DNA of 64,000 nucleotides from Geosiphon pyriformis uo1 (Eukaryota > Fungi > Glomeromycota). Position numbers and translations under genes: made by a program. A model generated the notes under the pieces. The model searched no databases. It was not told the origin of the DNA and worked only from the letters and a program-made list of their open reading frames with translations. The stretch is from assembly GCA_016748015.1 (NCBI GenBank), contig JAAOMT010000349.1:2812-66811 (forward strand), in the 5' to 3' direction. This document shows, one piece after another, positions 12,651-25,129 of the stretch. The number at the start of each line of letters is the position of its first letter. The stretch's first letter is position 1.

Positions 12651-13305
12651 ATGGCAATAAAATTCACCTCTCTTCTCATGATTGCCTTGATCGCTGGCAT
12701 TGTCTCAGCTGTACCACTTCCAGGAGATTATAGCAATTGTAACACTGGGTATAATAGGAATGTTGGTTGTGGCAACACTGGAAAGGTTAATTGAAATATT
12801 TTTTCAATTGTAGTGTCCTTTAAAAAAATTTCTTTGAAACCTAGTTGTTTTTAATCTTGCTTAAAATCTATAGGGGAATGTAGGAAATTATGACGGAGGA
12901 GACAACAATGTTGGAAGTTACAATGGCATTGGAAACTCTGGTACAAATAACGGTAACAACAATGTTGGAAGTAGGAACGGATCTTACAATGGTATTGGTA
13001 GTACAGACAAAGATAGTGGCTCCAACAATGGCAATAGAAATATTGGAAGTGATAACGGGACATTTAACGGTAATTATGATTATGGTGTCCACAACGGTAG
13101 CAACAATGGAAACAACAACATCTCAAGTAAAAATGGTAAATAATCTTTTTTTTAAAATATTTATACGTTCTTAAAATTCTCATGATTAAATCTTTTTTTC
13201 CTTTCTCGCATGACAGGATTTGGGAACGGAAACAATAATGCTCCTGGAAGCTATAATGGTAATGATAACGGAAACAACAATGGTATCCCTAAATTCAATT
13301 TCTAA
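12651..13305 (+). CDS. Small secreted Asn/Gly-rich repeat protein (~161 aa, 3 exons)
   Basis: Exons 12651-12785, 12874-13135, 13217-13305 with GT-AG introns. Translation: MAIKFTSLLMIALIAGIVSA-VPLPGDYSNCNTGYNRNVGCGNTGK|GNVGNYDGGDNNVGSYNGIGNSGTNNGNNNVGSRNGSYNG...KN|GFGNGNNNAPGSYNGNDNGNNNGIPKFNF*. The N-terminus is a typical signal peptide. Confidence 0.88.
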
Positions 13306-13845
13306 GGACAAATATCATTCATGCCATCCATCATTGTAATCTATAGAGAATTCTTTTACTTAATTGTGTAATTCGAATATTCAATAATTAATGCTTCTTA
13401 AAACTATTAAATTGAAAAAAACGACTTTTAGTAATGCTGACTTGAAGTCCTTTAGTCTTTCTTAAGAAATGCATAATTATTTTATGACCCAAAAGTCATT
13501 AGGCGCAACTTTAAAATTTTTTTAATCACAAAGTAGCATTAAATTCTGTGAATTGGAACATTAAGTTTAACAGAAAAAAAGACCATCATGGGCTCCTCGA
13601 TCTATAGCAAATAATTTTGAAGACGAACTTTCTACATCATACGCTGAATGATCAAATACAAGAAATTCTGGAATAGTACCACGACTACCAACGTCCATCT
13701 TTTCAATCATTAATCCGTCATTCACTTCATTAATAAATTGAAGTTAGATTTATAATAGCACAATCAAAAATTTGCTTTGGCACTCAAGGAAAATATAGCA
13801 AACTCACACTTAGGAAAGGCATGTTAAGCAAGATCTCCCATTTAA

Positions 13846-13869
13846 AATTGACGCGTTAACGCGTCAATT
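13846..13869. repeat. Perfect 24-bp palindrome with two ACGCGT (MluI/MCB-like) boxes
   Basis: aattgacgcgtt|aacgcgtcaatt. Confidence 0.85.
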
Positions 13870-14089
13870 GCTAAAAAGATCATGATCATAATAAATTTGC
13901 GTCTATTTGACTGTAAATTATTCACGCTTGTATTTCTGACTTTGAAACCCATGTTTTTGCTTTGCTATGGTTTAAACATAGTGTTTAACCTGTTAATGCT
14001 TACAAGAAAAAATCTTTACAACACAATCGGATTATTTCGAGAATAACTGTTTAATTCCATCTTACGTACTGGTTACATGCATCTCTACT

Positions 14090-14375
14090 AGGGTATGGCC
14101 ATTATGTCTTGTCTTAGATGTTTGATGCTGGTATTCAGAATGTCCTTAGGGATATGTGTTCAAGGCTTTCTTTTGCTGATTTGGAAATAGAAGTGATGTC
14201 TTTGGCTAGATTAGGAGTATCTGTTTTTGTCCCAGCCCAAGTAATGACGGTGGCAGCTCCTGTCTATTTTTGTCTAGATTATGAGTATCTGGGCTGTATT
14301 ATTGCAACTTAAAATGTGTATTCATTTTTGGTTTTTTATTCCTTTGCTAAACAAAAATTCAGTATAGAAAAAAAG
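14090..14375 (+). mobile_element. Possible 5'-truncated LINE 3'-end fragment
   Basis: GC-richer, G/T-skewed island. ctagatta..tctgggctgtatt resembles the LINE 3' UTR ctagatagtgattgggctgtact at ~55651-55672. It ends in an A-rich run. Confidence 0.35.
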
Positions 14376-15846
14376 TCTTCAGGGTTTAGTGGAAGGGGAT
14401 AATCTGCAGAGGGTTTCCAATTACCAATAGATAAACAAATAATTCGGCGGTGGCTTTTTCTTCTGATTAATGTTGGATATTTGTGTATCCATATTTTCAC
14501 TTACAATTCATTCGCATTGTTAGATGATCTCCCGAGTCTCAAGCAGCCATTATGAATATACTGGAGGCAAGAGTATGCATATCCTCGTTACCTTGGATAT
14601 TTCATTTTATATGCTTTCTATTTGTATTTATAGATCCCTTTATATAAAGAAATAAATATAAATATAAATTATGCATTTCGATCTATGCATTTTTCCATTG
14701 TAAAAAATGAACGCATAATAGTGTCAATTATTGAAATATTTGAGGATCTATTTATTTATTAATAATTTAAATTTTTTTATTAAAAAACTGCCGAGAAAAA
14801 ATAAAAGGAAAAAGGAGTAAGTATTAAGCACGAATAGAATATTTAAAACCATCGAGAAAGAAAAAATAGTTGAAGAAATTGAAAGACATAGTAAGTTTGG
14901 ACGTGTTTTTCGTGTCTGTTTGTAAAAAATTTAACCAAGGATTAGAACTGAATAAGAAACTAAGTAGACAGGATCGACTTTAATAAACATAATAAGAAAA
15001 GGTCTGAATTTATTAAAAGAGATTTATAATGATTTTCATAAAAAGAAACTTATTAAAGTTGAAGAGTTTCCATTATTTGCTTTAAAAAAATTGACAAAAA
15101 ATTAAGCATTAGAGGAAGCTTCATTACTAGATTTGACTCCTAAAGAAACACCAAATTATTTTAATGAATTAGTAAACTTATTAACGTTTATTTTTTTAGC
15201 TAATAATAATACAAGTAAATTATCTGACCTACTAGATTAAATACTTAAACATTAAGTTTTAGTTTCTTCTTTTTAATTAGTTAGATCTTGCTGGATTTGT
15301 TTTTGTACTAAAGGTAGAAAACAAGAATGTGAGAGGTAATACTATGAATTCAACCTTATTGAAATAAATTAACTCGGTTACAATCAATTAATCAATTAAT
15401 TATTTACAGCAAACTTTTTAAGAAATATAAAACAAGAAATGACGAAGATAAATACTTTAAAAGAAATCTGATTTGGAGTAAACTCTAAATAAGATCTTTA
15501 ATATTTAGTAGCTAAACCTTTGCTGAATAAATTTCTCCTCTTATAAAGTTCTATTTCATATGAATATTTTGTATTTATAACAATTTAATTTGAAAAGCAA
15601 AAATGATGAAATTGAAGTGAAATTAAAAATTAGGATGCTATATAATTTCTGAATAAATAATTGAAATGCTTGATATTATTATATTTCAGAAAGTGATAAG
15701 ATAAACTATTTCAGAATCTCATGTCAATGTGGAATTTAGTGTCAATTTATAAATCAATTGTTAAAATTATTCCAATATAATATATTGTTGATAAAACTAA
15801 ATTAATGGCTTAATATGAGGCCATATTATAATATTATAGATAAAAA

Positions 15847-17209
15847 TTAGGTCCATTTTAGATACCTAAAAGATTTATACTGGGTACCTGGAAAAGGTGG
15901 TGGAACTTCAAGACAAATATCCATTTTATAGCCAAAATAGGGACCATTATGAGATTCGATATTTGGCTCATTAAATTGTTTATTACAATTCTAGTAATGT
16001 GAAAAATAAATTTATATAATTAGCAGGGCCACAACTACATGAAATTAAGTTAAGTGAAGAAAAAAATACCATGTTTTCGTCATTATAATGATATCCATTA
16101 ATTTCTCTTAGGATAGGAGGACAGGTGAATACTATTTCATCATCGCAAGAGCATCCTTCGGAAGCGATCCAATATTCCAATGCATAATGAAGATATTCAT
16201 CGTGTGCATTTACTGGCATTTGAGTGACAAAGTCATCTTTAAAAGTAATACGTGCGATCAACAGATTTTCGATCTGATCAACGTAATCAGCAAATATTCG
16301 ATTTCCGATACGTGGTTGTCCATATGAATACATATATATATTTTCAACAGATGCGTTTTTCAATAATTCCAATATTGTCAGGATGCCATAAACTAAGAAA
16401 AATAAAGGGAGAAGAATTAATATGGGTAGGCATAGTAGGAAGTAAACGAGAACATACCAGCGCCAATTCCATATGCAACTAAAACAATTCTATATATTTT
16501 AGATTCATTTGAGATATCTGCTAGCATTTTAGCCATAATTCCTTGAGTTTCAAGATATTTTGAGTAAAATGCTCCATCAACTTTTCCCCCTTCTATCCCT
16601 GGATAATCAACCAAATCATTTTTTCGGGATAACCATTCTTTTTGGCTTAGCTCATCTGCTTTGATGCTGAGTATCAATTTTTTAATTACTATCCCTGATA
16701 TAGCAGGTAAAGATCCAACTCCAATCTGAGCTGAAAAGAATTATAAACTTTCTATCAAATTAAAAATGTAAAAATTTTTTAATTTTTTCCAAATTTCTAC
16801 CATAAATTCCAGGTATAACTCTATATTTGTTATTCTTATTCTTCTTAAGACATGATGCCTTCATTGAAAGCCATGCATATAGCTTAAAATTTTTTAATAT
16901 TGTAGGGCTAGTAAGATGTAATAACAAATCTTCTCTGCGAAAATTTCGATAGGCTGAATTTGAAGCATCAGAAACCGGAAGATGAATATAAGATGCATTA
17001 AAATTTTTAAAATTTTGAATAGGTTTAATGAAATATAGAGGTTTGGAGTTTCCTAAAACAAAAGATTGGTTTTTTAATATATTCTCTTGAATATACTTTA
17101 ACCAATCAGTATTTTTCTTTGTAATGAAGTCTACCGATTTCCAAATCTCTAATTTACAAATAAAAATTATGAACACAATGATTGAAGAAATGTAGAAATA
17201 GAAACGCAT
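15847..17209 (-). CDS. Lipase class 3-fold protein lacking catalytic Ser (elbow AYGIGA), N-terminal signal/anchor, 4 exons
   Basis: Exons 17209-16801, 16730-16458, 16392-16070, 15990-15847 join in frame: MRFYFYISSIIVFIIFIC...LYAWLSMKASC...KLILSIKAD...GKVDGAFY...LVAYGIGA|VYGIL...YSYGQPRIGN..FA...RITFKDDFVTQMP...YLHYALEYW...NENM-like|NCN...SHNGPYFG..C..*. Confidence 0.88.
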
Positions 17210-18389
17210 TTTGATAATGCTTAATTTTGTAAAATGAACAAGTTTCAACTTTTATTTTCATCCAACTAAACCAAATCAGTTCCGTCGAATACTCTGTGTT
17301 TGGTAAACAATTTCAAATAAAAGATTTTTCTTCTTATCAATCGATCATCTTTGAAATCTTTTTTCAACTAAACTTTTAAGAAAAAAATTTATTGTTTTTT
17401 ATGATTCCTAATCCAGAAAAATTTTCAAGCGTCATGAGAATATTACTGAAAATACTTCCTAAGAAACCAATAAAGAAAATTTGTGGTATAAAGGTCACAG
17501 ATCTCTACCTGTCTTTCAATGTATCAACAAATTAAATAAAATTCATAAAATTTTTTATTAATTTTAAGTATCGATTGATATATATATTATCAATTAATCA
17601 CGAATTTTATATCAAGAATAAGTTTTAACGTACTTCCATGTATCATAATTTGAATATCCACTCTAAACAGATAAAAATTGACTTTTGATTAGTATATATT
17701 TTTACATTATTCATTTGTACATATTATGTGGATGCCTAATCAAAGTTCATTTTATTCTTTTACGTTTCAGTTTTTTGAATAGATAAAAGTACCTTAAACG
17801 TAATCATGACTGATTGTTTTTGATCCAAAGTTCAAGATTGTAGATAACACAAGAAATATTTTCTAATTACATGTAATACTAAATAATCGATAGAGAAGAC
17901 CTTTGAATTGAAATTTTTTACAAAGCACAAAGTATTCCAGAGAAATGACTTTGGTCCGTTGTATGAGAATAAAATTTGAATTTTACTCATTCCACAAAAT
18001 TTAATCATTAAATACTCTTTACCAAAATGCCACGAAAAACCATTCTTTTGATGTTGGAACTCCGGAATTTTATATGATGTTCAAAATATTTAAAACTTGA
18101 AAATTTCTTTAGCTTTAATATATTTTATTTTTTTAATTTATCGTCGCTACGAGATTTTATTCCTTGACCGAATGTAACACAATGAATAGATTTCAAATGC
18201 CCTTTAATTTCAAACTTAATATTAATAAATAAAATTCAAAATAATCCAAAGCTCTTTAGAACATTTTATGTTATTGAAATTTGATAAAATGACAAAAATC
18301 TTTAGATTTTTACTAAAGATGAGTAATATATAGTTTAAGTTGTGAAGCAAAAAATGGGTTACAAAAAATTATTTTAAGTAATTTTCAGC

Positions 18390-18920
18390 AAGCAATCTCA
18401 AATAATATTTTGTGTCAAGATAGAATTTTCTAACAAATGAATTCCAAAGATTTTTAAAATAATCAAAACCTTATAAAAAACTTGAAATTAAGCATAATTT
18501 TAAAAGTTATGTTTAATAGATATATATATATATACAATTTTGCCAAAAATGTTAAACCTTTTTCTTTAAATAATTTTTTTCAAATCTTAACATATATACA
18601 TGTACATTGCAAATTATAAATTTATCAAAAAAATAAAATAAACTCATATATTTCCTATATCCCAAGCCTAAGATATTTTTTTTATTAAACCAATGCTATA
18701 ATGTATTTAAGAATATTTAATATGGTCCCTTTCGGCATTTATATAAGTTTGAATACGGACGTTAGTAAGTACCATCTCTTCTAGAAGGTTTACCCATTCT
18801 TTTATTAATTCAATAAAAATCTCTTAAGATACTCCTTTTTTTTACAACTATTCCTTCTACTCTTTTCTCTACACTATATTTTAACACAACTCAAATATTT
18901 TCAATTAGTTGAGATTATAA
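18390..18920 (+). repeat. Dispersed repeat copy 1 (direct copy at 37400-37897)
   Basis: Shared collinear blocks gcaatctca..ataat, atagaattttctaa, catatatttcctatatcc, aatatttaatatgg, ttcaataaaaatctcttaagat, aattagttgagat. Confidence 0.75.
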
Positions 18921-19914
18921 ATTACCATTTCTGAAAAATAATCCAAAAATAAATATTGAATAATTTTAATGGAAAACTTAGTGTCAGGGTTGTATGAGAT
19001 ATTTGAAACCGGATTTTTGCCTGTTTTATAATATAAAGCTCATTTGAAAAAAATTATAAATGCTCTAACTTTAATATTCTTTTATATCTCTATTATTGAA
19101 ACGAATTTCTAAGCTACTTTAGACAAACTTTGAATGAAACCATCTTTTGCAATCAAAAGTGATTATAGAATAAAATTCAATAAAGCAATTTTAAATAATA
19201 ATTGATTTTAGAATTTAATAGAATTTAATGTTTAAATAATAGTACAAGAGCCTTACGGTTTCTTTTAATCGTTTACTAAAAAAACTTAATATATATTTTT
19301 TATTTGTCTTTTTCATTTCTATGCTAAGTTTGTTTTTATTAATTTCTACTAAAAATCAATAAAATAAATGCGTTAAACCAAAATGAATTAATTATCAAAT
19401 TTTTAATTACTAAATAATAAATAAAAATTATTTGTTTTTCAAAAAGGTTTTAAATATTTATTACGAGTTTATAATATTAATCTCTAAATTATTACACTAC
19501 ACCCCCCCCCCTCCCCCTCCCCCCGCCGAAATCTTAATTATATATTTCTTTCATCAAATTTAGAAAGTATCAAAAATAATTTGTGCATTAAAAAAATCAC
19601 TTTCGCATAAATAAATAAAAATAAAATATTTTTGTTAAAGAAATATTGTGGAATTTTAATTAATTGAAACGAGACTTAATTTTAAAGATTTAGATATTAG
19701 ATTTTATTTAATAATAAAACGCTCGTCTATTTGATTCAAGCATTATTGCGTGTGATCGATTTTGACAATAATATCCTAAGATACATCAAAGTCCTCACTT
19801 GAGCATCAAAAACTTTTGATAACTCCCAAGTAATAAATAAAGGATGTATTGAATGACCAGACTGAACATGATTTTTAGCAAGTACATTTACTCAACATTG
19901 TTTTTCGAAAATGC

Positions 19915-21962
19915 TAAATTTTTCATTCGTCGTTGATCAAATTAATACATTTCGATAGCAAGGGCAGAGGGTTTTCGTTTTACACGGTGAATATGTATAT
20001 TAAGCATGCTCAATATTGTCTAAACTTTAATATTTAAACCCGATATTAGATCATCAAATAAACGAAACTTGCGTATAAAAGGTCTCGAGAAGTATATTTG
20101 ATCGATGGTTTGAAAAATAAAGTTATTATTGCTTGGACTTAAGCTAATATTACCAATTCTTAATGTTATTACCGAACTATTATCATTTAAAAATACTTAT
20201 ATTAATTATAATAGTTTATTATACATTAAGTTTCTTAAATATTTTATATCGATCATTTCAAATTTCTGAATTATATTTCAATAGGCTTAAACAATAAACA
20301 GTAAATAACAAGAGTTTATCAGAATTGGCAACTGGTGAACAATTTTGCCATTGTAAAAACCCTTCCCTGATAACTTTGTTATATACTGATAAAGTTTTAT
20401 TCCTATATAGACTAGATGGATATAGAAAAGATAATTGGTAAATATGGCTACCCCCTCCCGCTCTTCACTCTTGTAAGAAATCTTAAACTACCCCCCTTCC
20501 ATTCTTTATTCTTGTAAGAAATCTTAAACTACCCTCTTCCCACTCCTCATTCTTGCAAGGCAAAAAAACAGACTAACAAACCCTAAAATTTAATTCAGTT
20601 ATTTGATGATCGATTGTTCATGAATTCCTATTCCGTATTCATTGGTTATTCGAATGTTGAATTGCAAATTGCTGGTGAGCATGGTTATTCGAATGTTGAA
20701 TTGCGAAATACTGGTGGGTGATGGTTATATTTGAATGTTGAATTCGTGAATTATTGGTGGGTGGTGGTTATTCGAATGTTGAATTCGTGGATTATTGGTG
20801 AGCAGTGGTTATCCGTCAATTGTTGGTGTCAAACTAGATTCAAGCTCAATAGGATCTTCTTTTCCTGCCGATTTTGCTGTTCACTAGATAGTAGATAGGA
20901 ACAGTTTAACCCATAATGCACATCAATAACCATAAGTAGAAACAGACATTTAGCTGGAATGCGGCAAGCACAGAGGTTAAATAACAATTCATGTCATTGA
21001 TGTAAGTGGAAGCAGACATTCGGCAGAATGGGTACATGCACCGAGGTAAAAAAATTCATGTCATTGACCATAAGTGAAGCAGACATTCGGCAGAATGGGT
21101 ACATACACAGAGGTATAACAATTCATGTCATAGACCGTAAGTGAAAACAGACATTCGGCAAAATGGGTGCATGCACAGTGGTTAGAGAACACCACATTTG
21201 GCGATATAAAGGAGTTGGAAACCCCGTGCTTGGTTGAGTTTCTTTGGTTAAGGTTGGGATTCTTTCCAGTAAAGGATGCCCCCCTCCCTCACCCAACACT
21301 TAGAGCTAGAAGAGATACATCAACACCCTTACCTGGATTGTTCTATCAACTAGAGGCTTTTAACCTTGGAGACCTGCTGCGGTTATCATTATGACTCGGA
21401 ACGAGAATGAATCTCTCTTGGATTTTTTTAGTGTTCTTTGAATTTGTGAGTTATGAGTAGTGAGTCGTTAATTGTACTAGTTATAGCTGTTGGGTTCATG
21501 AGTTGGTGGACGCCGGTAATTCGTCGTCGATAAAGATAAAAGTAATCCCATATAGGATAAAATTTTGCTTAAAGACAGAGAACACTTCTTTATATTTGTT
21601 ACTGCCTCTAAGTTGTTGTTTTTGCTATCAAAAATATGCGTTTTTTTTTCATGCAAAAACAAGAATCCAAGAATACAAGGGTGGGGTTAACTAATATGTA
21701 GTCATTAAAAACAAAGTGTCACTTTTTGAAACCTTGTAATCAGTTAAGTACTTTCTGGAAATTTTTTATATTATTGTGCAGATCCTCATGACTAATCTAA
21801 TATTAAGCAGATTTCATGATTCATTTTTTTTGACTCGGCTATCCTATATTGGCTAAATACAATCAGTAGGAGAAATCAAATTCACATCCCCCTTAAAACC
21901 GTGTGACCTATATCAATATACTAGACTGAATAATATAAATGGCTACAGCATAAAGAACTTGG
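19915..21962 (-). repeat. Right arm of ~2.1-kb inverted repeat (partner 3653-5730)
   Basis: Reverse complement of the left arm. The shadow ORFs 4150-4443(-) and 21167-21394(+) are near-identical. Confidence 0.93.
20827..21428 (-). pseudogene. Fragmented 28S rRNA-derived sequence (second copy)
   Basis: Reverse complement contains GATAACCGCAGCAGGTCTCCAAGG, AAGAAACTCAACCAAGCACGGG, CTATCTACTATCTAG and GAGCTTGAATCTAGTTTGACA. Confidence 0.88.
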
Positions 21963-22086
21963 AACCGTAAGCATCGTCTATGAATGTTAATGATGATGAC
22001 TCATTTATTTTCTTTTTCACTTATAAAAGTATCATAACTATCAGTATAATTTTATAACCAAAACCAACACCAATACCAATACTATT

Positions 22087-22134
22087 ACTACTACTACCAC
22101 CACCACCACCACCACCACCACCACCACCACCACC
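22087..22134 (+). repeat. (ACT)3(ACC)13 microsatellite
   Basis: Read directly from the sequence. Confidence 0.95.
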
Positions 22135-22351
22135 AAAACTCCAACCTCTAAAGCAAAAAACCCAAGAGTTTTTATACCTTTTCCTTCAACTATTTTATTC
22201 ATTGAGGCTCCATGATTTTGCAAGAAGAGATAAATTTCTTTAATACAAACGAATCACCTATGCCAGTGGTCTTTTTCAGAAAATTTTACTATAATACGAA
22301 AAATGCTGTTTCAAAATGGCTTAATGCCCTCGTCAAAAATGATAACCCTAA

Positions 22352-22867
22352 GTGTATCGAGATTAAGTGACTCTATAAACAAGGCACATATTAAAAATCT
22401 ATCAACACTTATTTTTCTAGCTCAGTCTGTTCAGGAGCAAAAAAAGATCTGGTGAAACGTGTTTTTGCTGCATCTGAGCTTTGTTGACTTGAACTTTTTT
22501 GGCTCTTCCAGCAGAAGTTAGTTGACAAAACTCTAACTAAAAAGACAGCCCATACAATTCGGGATCGAATAGATGATATTCTTCCGCAAAGCAGCACTAG
22601 CGGCGATGTTAAGTCGAAGTCTATACAGAGCGATGATTTAAGCGAGAGCTTTGACGAGAAGAGCAAGAAAGAAGATCTTAAAGGATCACTTGGGAATGCT
22701 ACTGAATTGGAAGAAAGAAACGACGATGATCAGGATGAGGTAGAGGACAATGTCAGTTTTATGGATAAGGGTGCAAAGCTGGAGTTCAAAAAAATATATA
22801 TGGAGATGCATTAAGATACAAAATGGAAGCTGCCATCAGGAAAATATATTGAAGATGTCTTATATGA
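22352..22867 (+). repeat. Left arm of ~516-bp fold-back inverted duplication (partner 24057-24574)
   Basis: Near-identical reverse complement. The shadow ORFs 22409-22666(-) and 24258-24509(+) match each other. Confidence 0.93.
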
Positions 22868-24060
22868 ATAGGCTAAAAACTTGGCCCATGAAAGGTGAGT
22901 ATCTTAAAATAATCTGTTATCATGTTGCTGTCTAACCATACATTTCTGATTTATCAGTTCAGTATACCGTTTCATCATCGATACCAGCGATGCAACTGTT
23001 ATGAACCTCTTTAGCAAACAGGATAAAGAGCATATTATGAGCTTCTATGTTCTTTCTGACCCTGAAATTGAAGATAAATTAATAACCTATTTAATAAAGT
23101 ATCGCAAGGCAAGTAAGGGAAGACATATATTAGTTTTTTTTATTACTTACTATTTAATTGCTTTTAAGCACTTCTATTTTTTTCCTTAGTTTGAGACTCA
23201 AGAAATTTGCAAAATAGTCAATGTTGGTATTAGCATCTCTCCTTATTATCCTAAGAAGCATTTTAACCACCATTACATTCATCAGGTTTTTTCACGACTC
23301 TATAAATATATTGTTATTAATATATTTTTCTTATGAGTTTTACTGTTGCCTTCCCAGATATGAGCTGAGATCGAGTGACTTTACCACATCCCATCTGGAG
23401 AGTGATTTACAAGTAACATCTGGAGCATTGTTATTGATGCCTGTTTCGTTGACCTCGAGATCATTGAATTTATCAGGTAAACAATGCCATTTCCATTTTG
23501 CTCTTACCATTTGCTTCCAGGCTTATTTTATACAAAATTTTATTTTTCAGAGGCGAAGGCTGTTCTCGTGCTTCCGGAGAGAGAAAGAACATTGGCAGAA
23601 ACAACTCCAAGGTAAAGAAGTTGCTTGGGCGCAAATGTGATGGGATTGTGCGGGAGTTAGGATCACCTGAGGAGTATGGAATCAGCGAGGAAGGTCGACA
23701 CTGGACTGGAAAATATGGCACCAAATTTTTAGCTGATGGGTGCCTGAAGTTATACGGGATATGCTACATCAAAAATTGAGGAAGCATGTTATCGGTTTCG
23801 TGAGGTCTTGCCAGATGGAGATCGTGGGCTTCCTGCACTCTGGTAGGTGCTTTGTTAATGTGTCTTTCCCTCATGTCTTTCTCGTGTATGCTCAATATTT
23901 TTAACTGATTTATATGATTGTGATAAGCACGACAACTCCGAATATTTGTAATGGATACTTCGTCTGGCTACATGTGCCGAATTCGAAGATATCCTTCCTC
24001 AAAGATTCTAACAACTCTTACCGACGTCGACCATCTAATCGTCATGATTCACGAAGTCAT
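22420..24060 (+). pseudogene. Multi-exon pseudogene of a Mucoromycota-type hypothetical protein with probable PD-(D/E)xK restriction-endonuclease-like fold (Crinkler/CR-REase-like)
   Basis: Motifs KWKLPSGKYIEDVLYE, GEGCSRASGERKN, LGRKCDGIVRE...EYGISEEG, GTKFLADGCLKL and MDTSSGYMCRI. In-frame TGA/TAA/TAG stops are present. The 3' end is replaced by an inverted copy of its own 5' part. The family call is from motif recall. Confidence 0.6.
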
Positions 24061-24574
24061 ATAAGACATCTTCACTATATTTTCCTGATGGCAGCTTCCA
24101 TTTTGTATCTTAATGCATCTCCATATATTTTTTTTTGAACTCCAGCTTTGCACCCTTATCCATAAAACTGACATTGTCCTCTACCTCATCCTGATCATCG
24201 TCGTTTCTTTCTTCCAATTCAGTAGCATTCCCAAGTGATCCTTTAAGATCTTCTTTCTTGCTCTTCTCGTCAAAGCTCTCGCCTAAATCATCGCTCTGTA
24301 TAGACTTCGACTTAACATCGCCGCTAGTGCTGCTTTGCGGAAGAATATCGTCTATCCGATCCCGAATTGCGTGGGCTGTCTTTTTAGTTAGAGTTTTGTC
24401 AACTAACTTCTGCTGGAAGAGCCAAAAAATTTCAGGTCAACAAAGCTCAAACGCAGCGAAAACACGTTTCACCAGACCTTCTTTTGCTCCTGGACAGACT
24501 GAGAGCTAGAAAAATAAGCGTTAATGGATTTTTAATATGTGCCTTGTTTATAGAGTCACTTGATCTCAACACAC
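24057..24574 (-). repeat. Right arm of fold-back inverted duplication
   Basis: Reverse complement of 22352-22867. Confidence 0.93.
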
Positions 24575-25129
24575 AAGAAAATTTTAAATTGAAAATTAAT
24601 ATATAATCTAACAACAATTAGCTTTTTTATGCTCCAAAGTTTTTACATATTTTTATCAATATAGTTTAAACATTTCAAATCTACAATCAAAAACCCAAAA
24701 ATAATTGGTATTATTAATTTACAATATTAAGCTATTTAAATCTAATTATTTAAATTACCAGCTTCTGAAAAATAACATGCTTCAAAATGAAATTAACAAG
24801 CCATTCACAATTGAACCAAATGAAGTTAAATATTAATAAACATAAGACCCAAGAATTTGGCACTAACAGGTCATTTTACAATCTCTGTAAATACAATTCT
24901 TAATTCTCAAAAAACTCCACCAAATTTTGAAACTTTCTTAAATAATTACTATTCCCAACATTTTATTTAATATATCAGATATTGGAAGTATACAATACAA
25001 TATTTTTCAGCATGAATTACCCCAAATTATACCTAATTTTACAGAGATTATTGAACATTTCCTAAAGCCAATAACCCTTCCCATATCTGAAAACTATCAT
25101 TTACAAACTGAGAAACTTTCCCAAATCAA

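Noticed and set aside
12851-13174. Thr/Val/Met-rich and Cys/His-rich ORFs in the track
   Set aside because: Alternative frames of the Asn/Gly-repeat exon. The spliced frame with a signal peptide explains the region.
14900-15500. Possible DDE transposase relic (EFNLIE-like motif)
   Set aside because: Too degenerate to support.
19502-19527. Poly-C tract (G-quadruplex-capable on minus strand)
   Set aside because: An isolated low-complexity run with no supporting context.
22041-22223. Poly-Val membrane-like ORF
   Set aside because: Produced by the (ACC)n microsatellite.
22352-24574. DNA transposon with 516-bp TIRs (MULE/fold-back)
   Set aside because: The arms are the gene's own coding sequence, and no convincing TSD is present. 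A fold-back duplication fits better.
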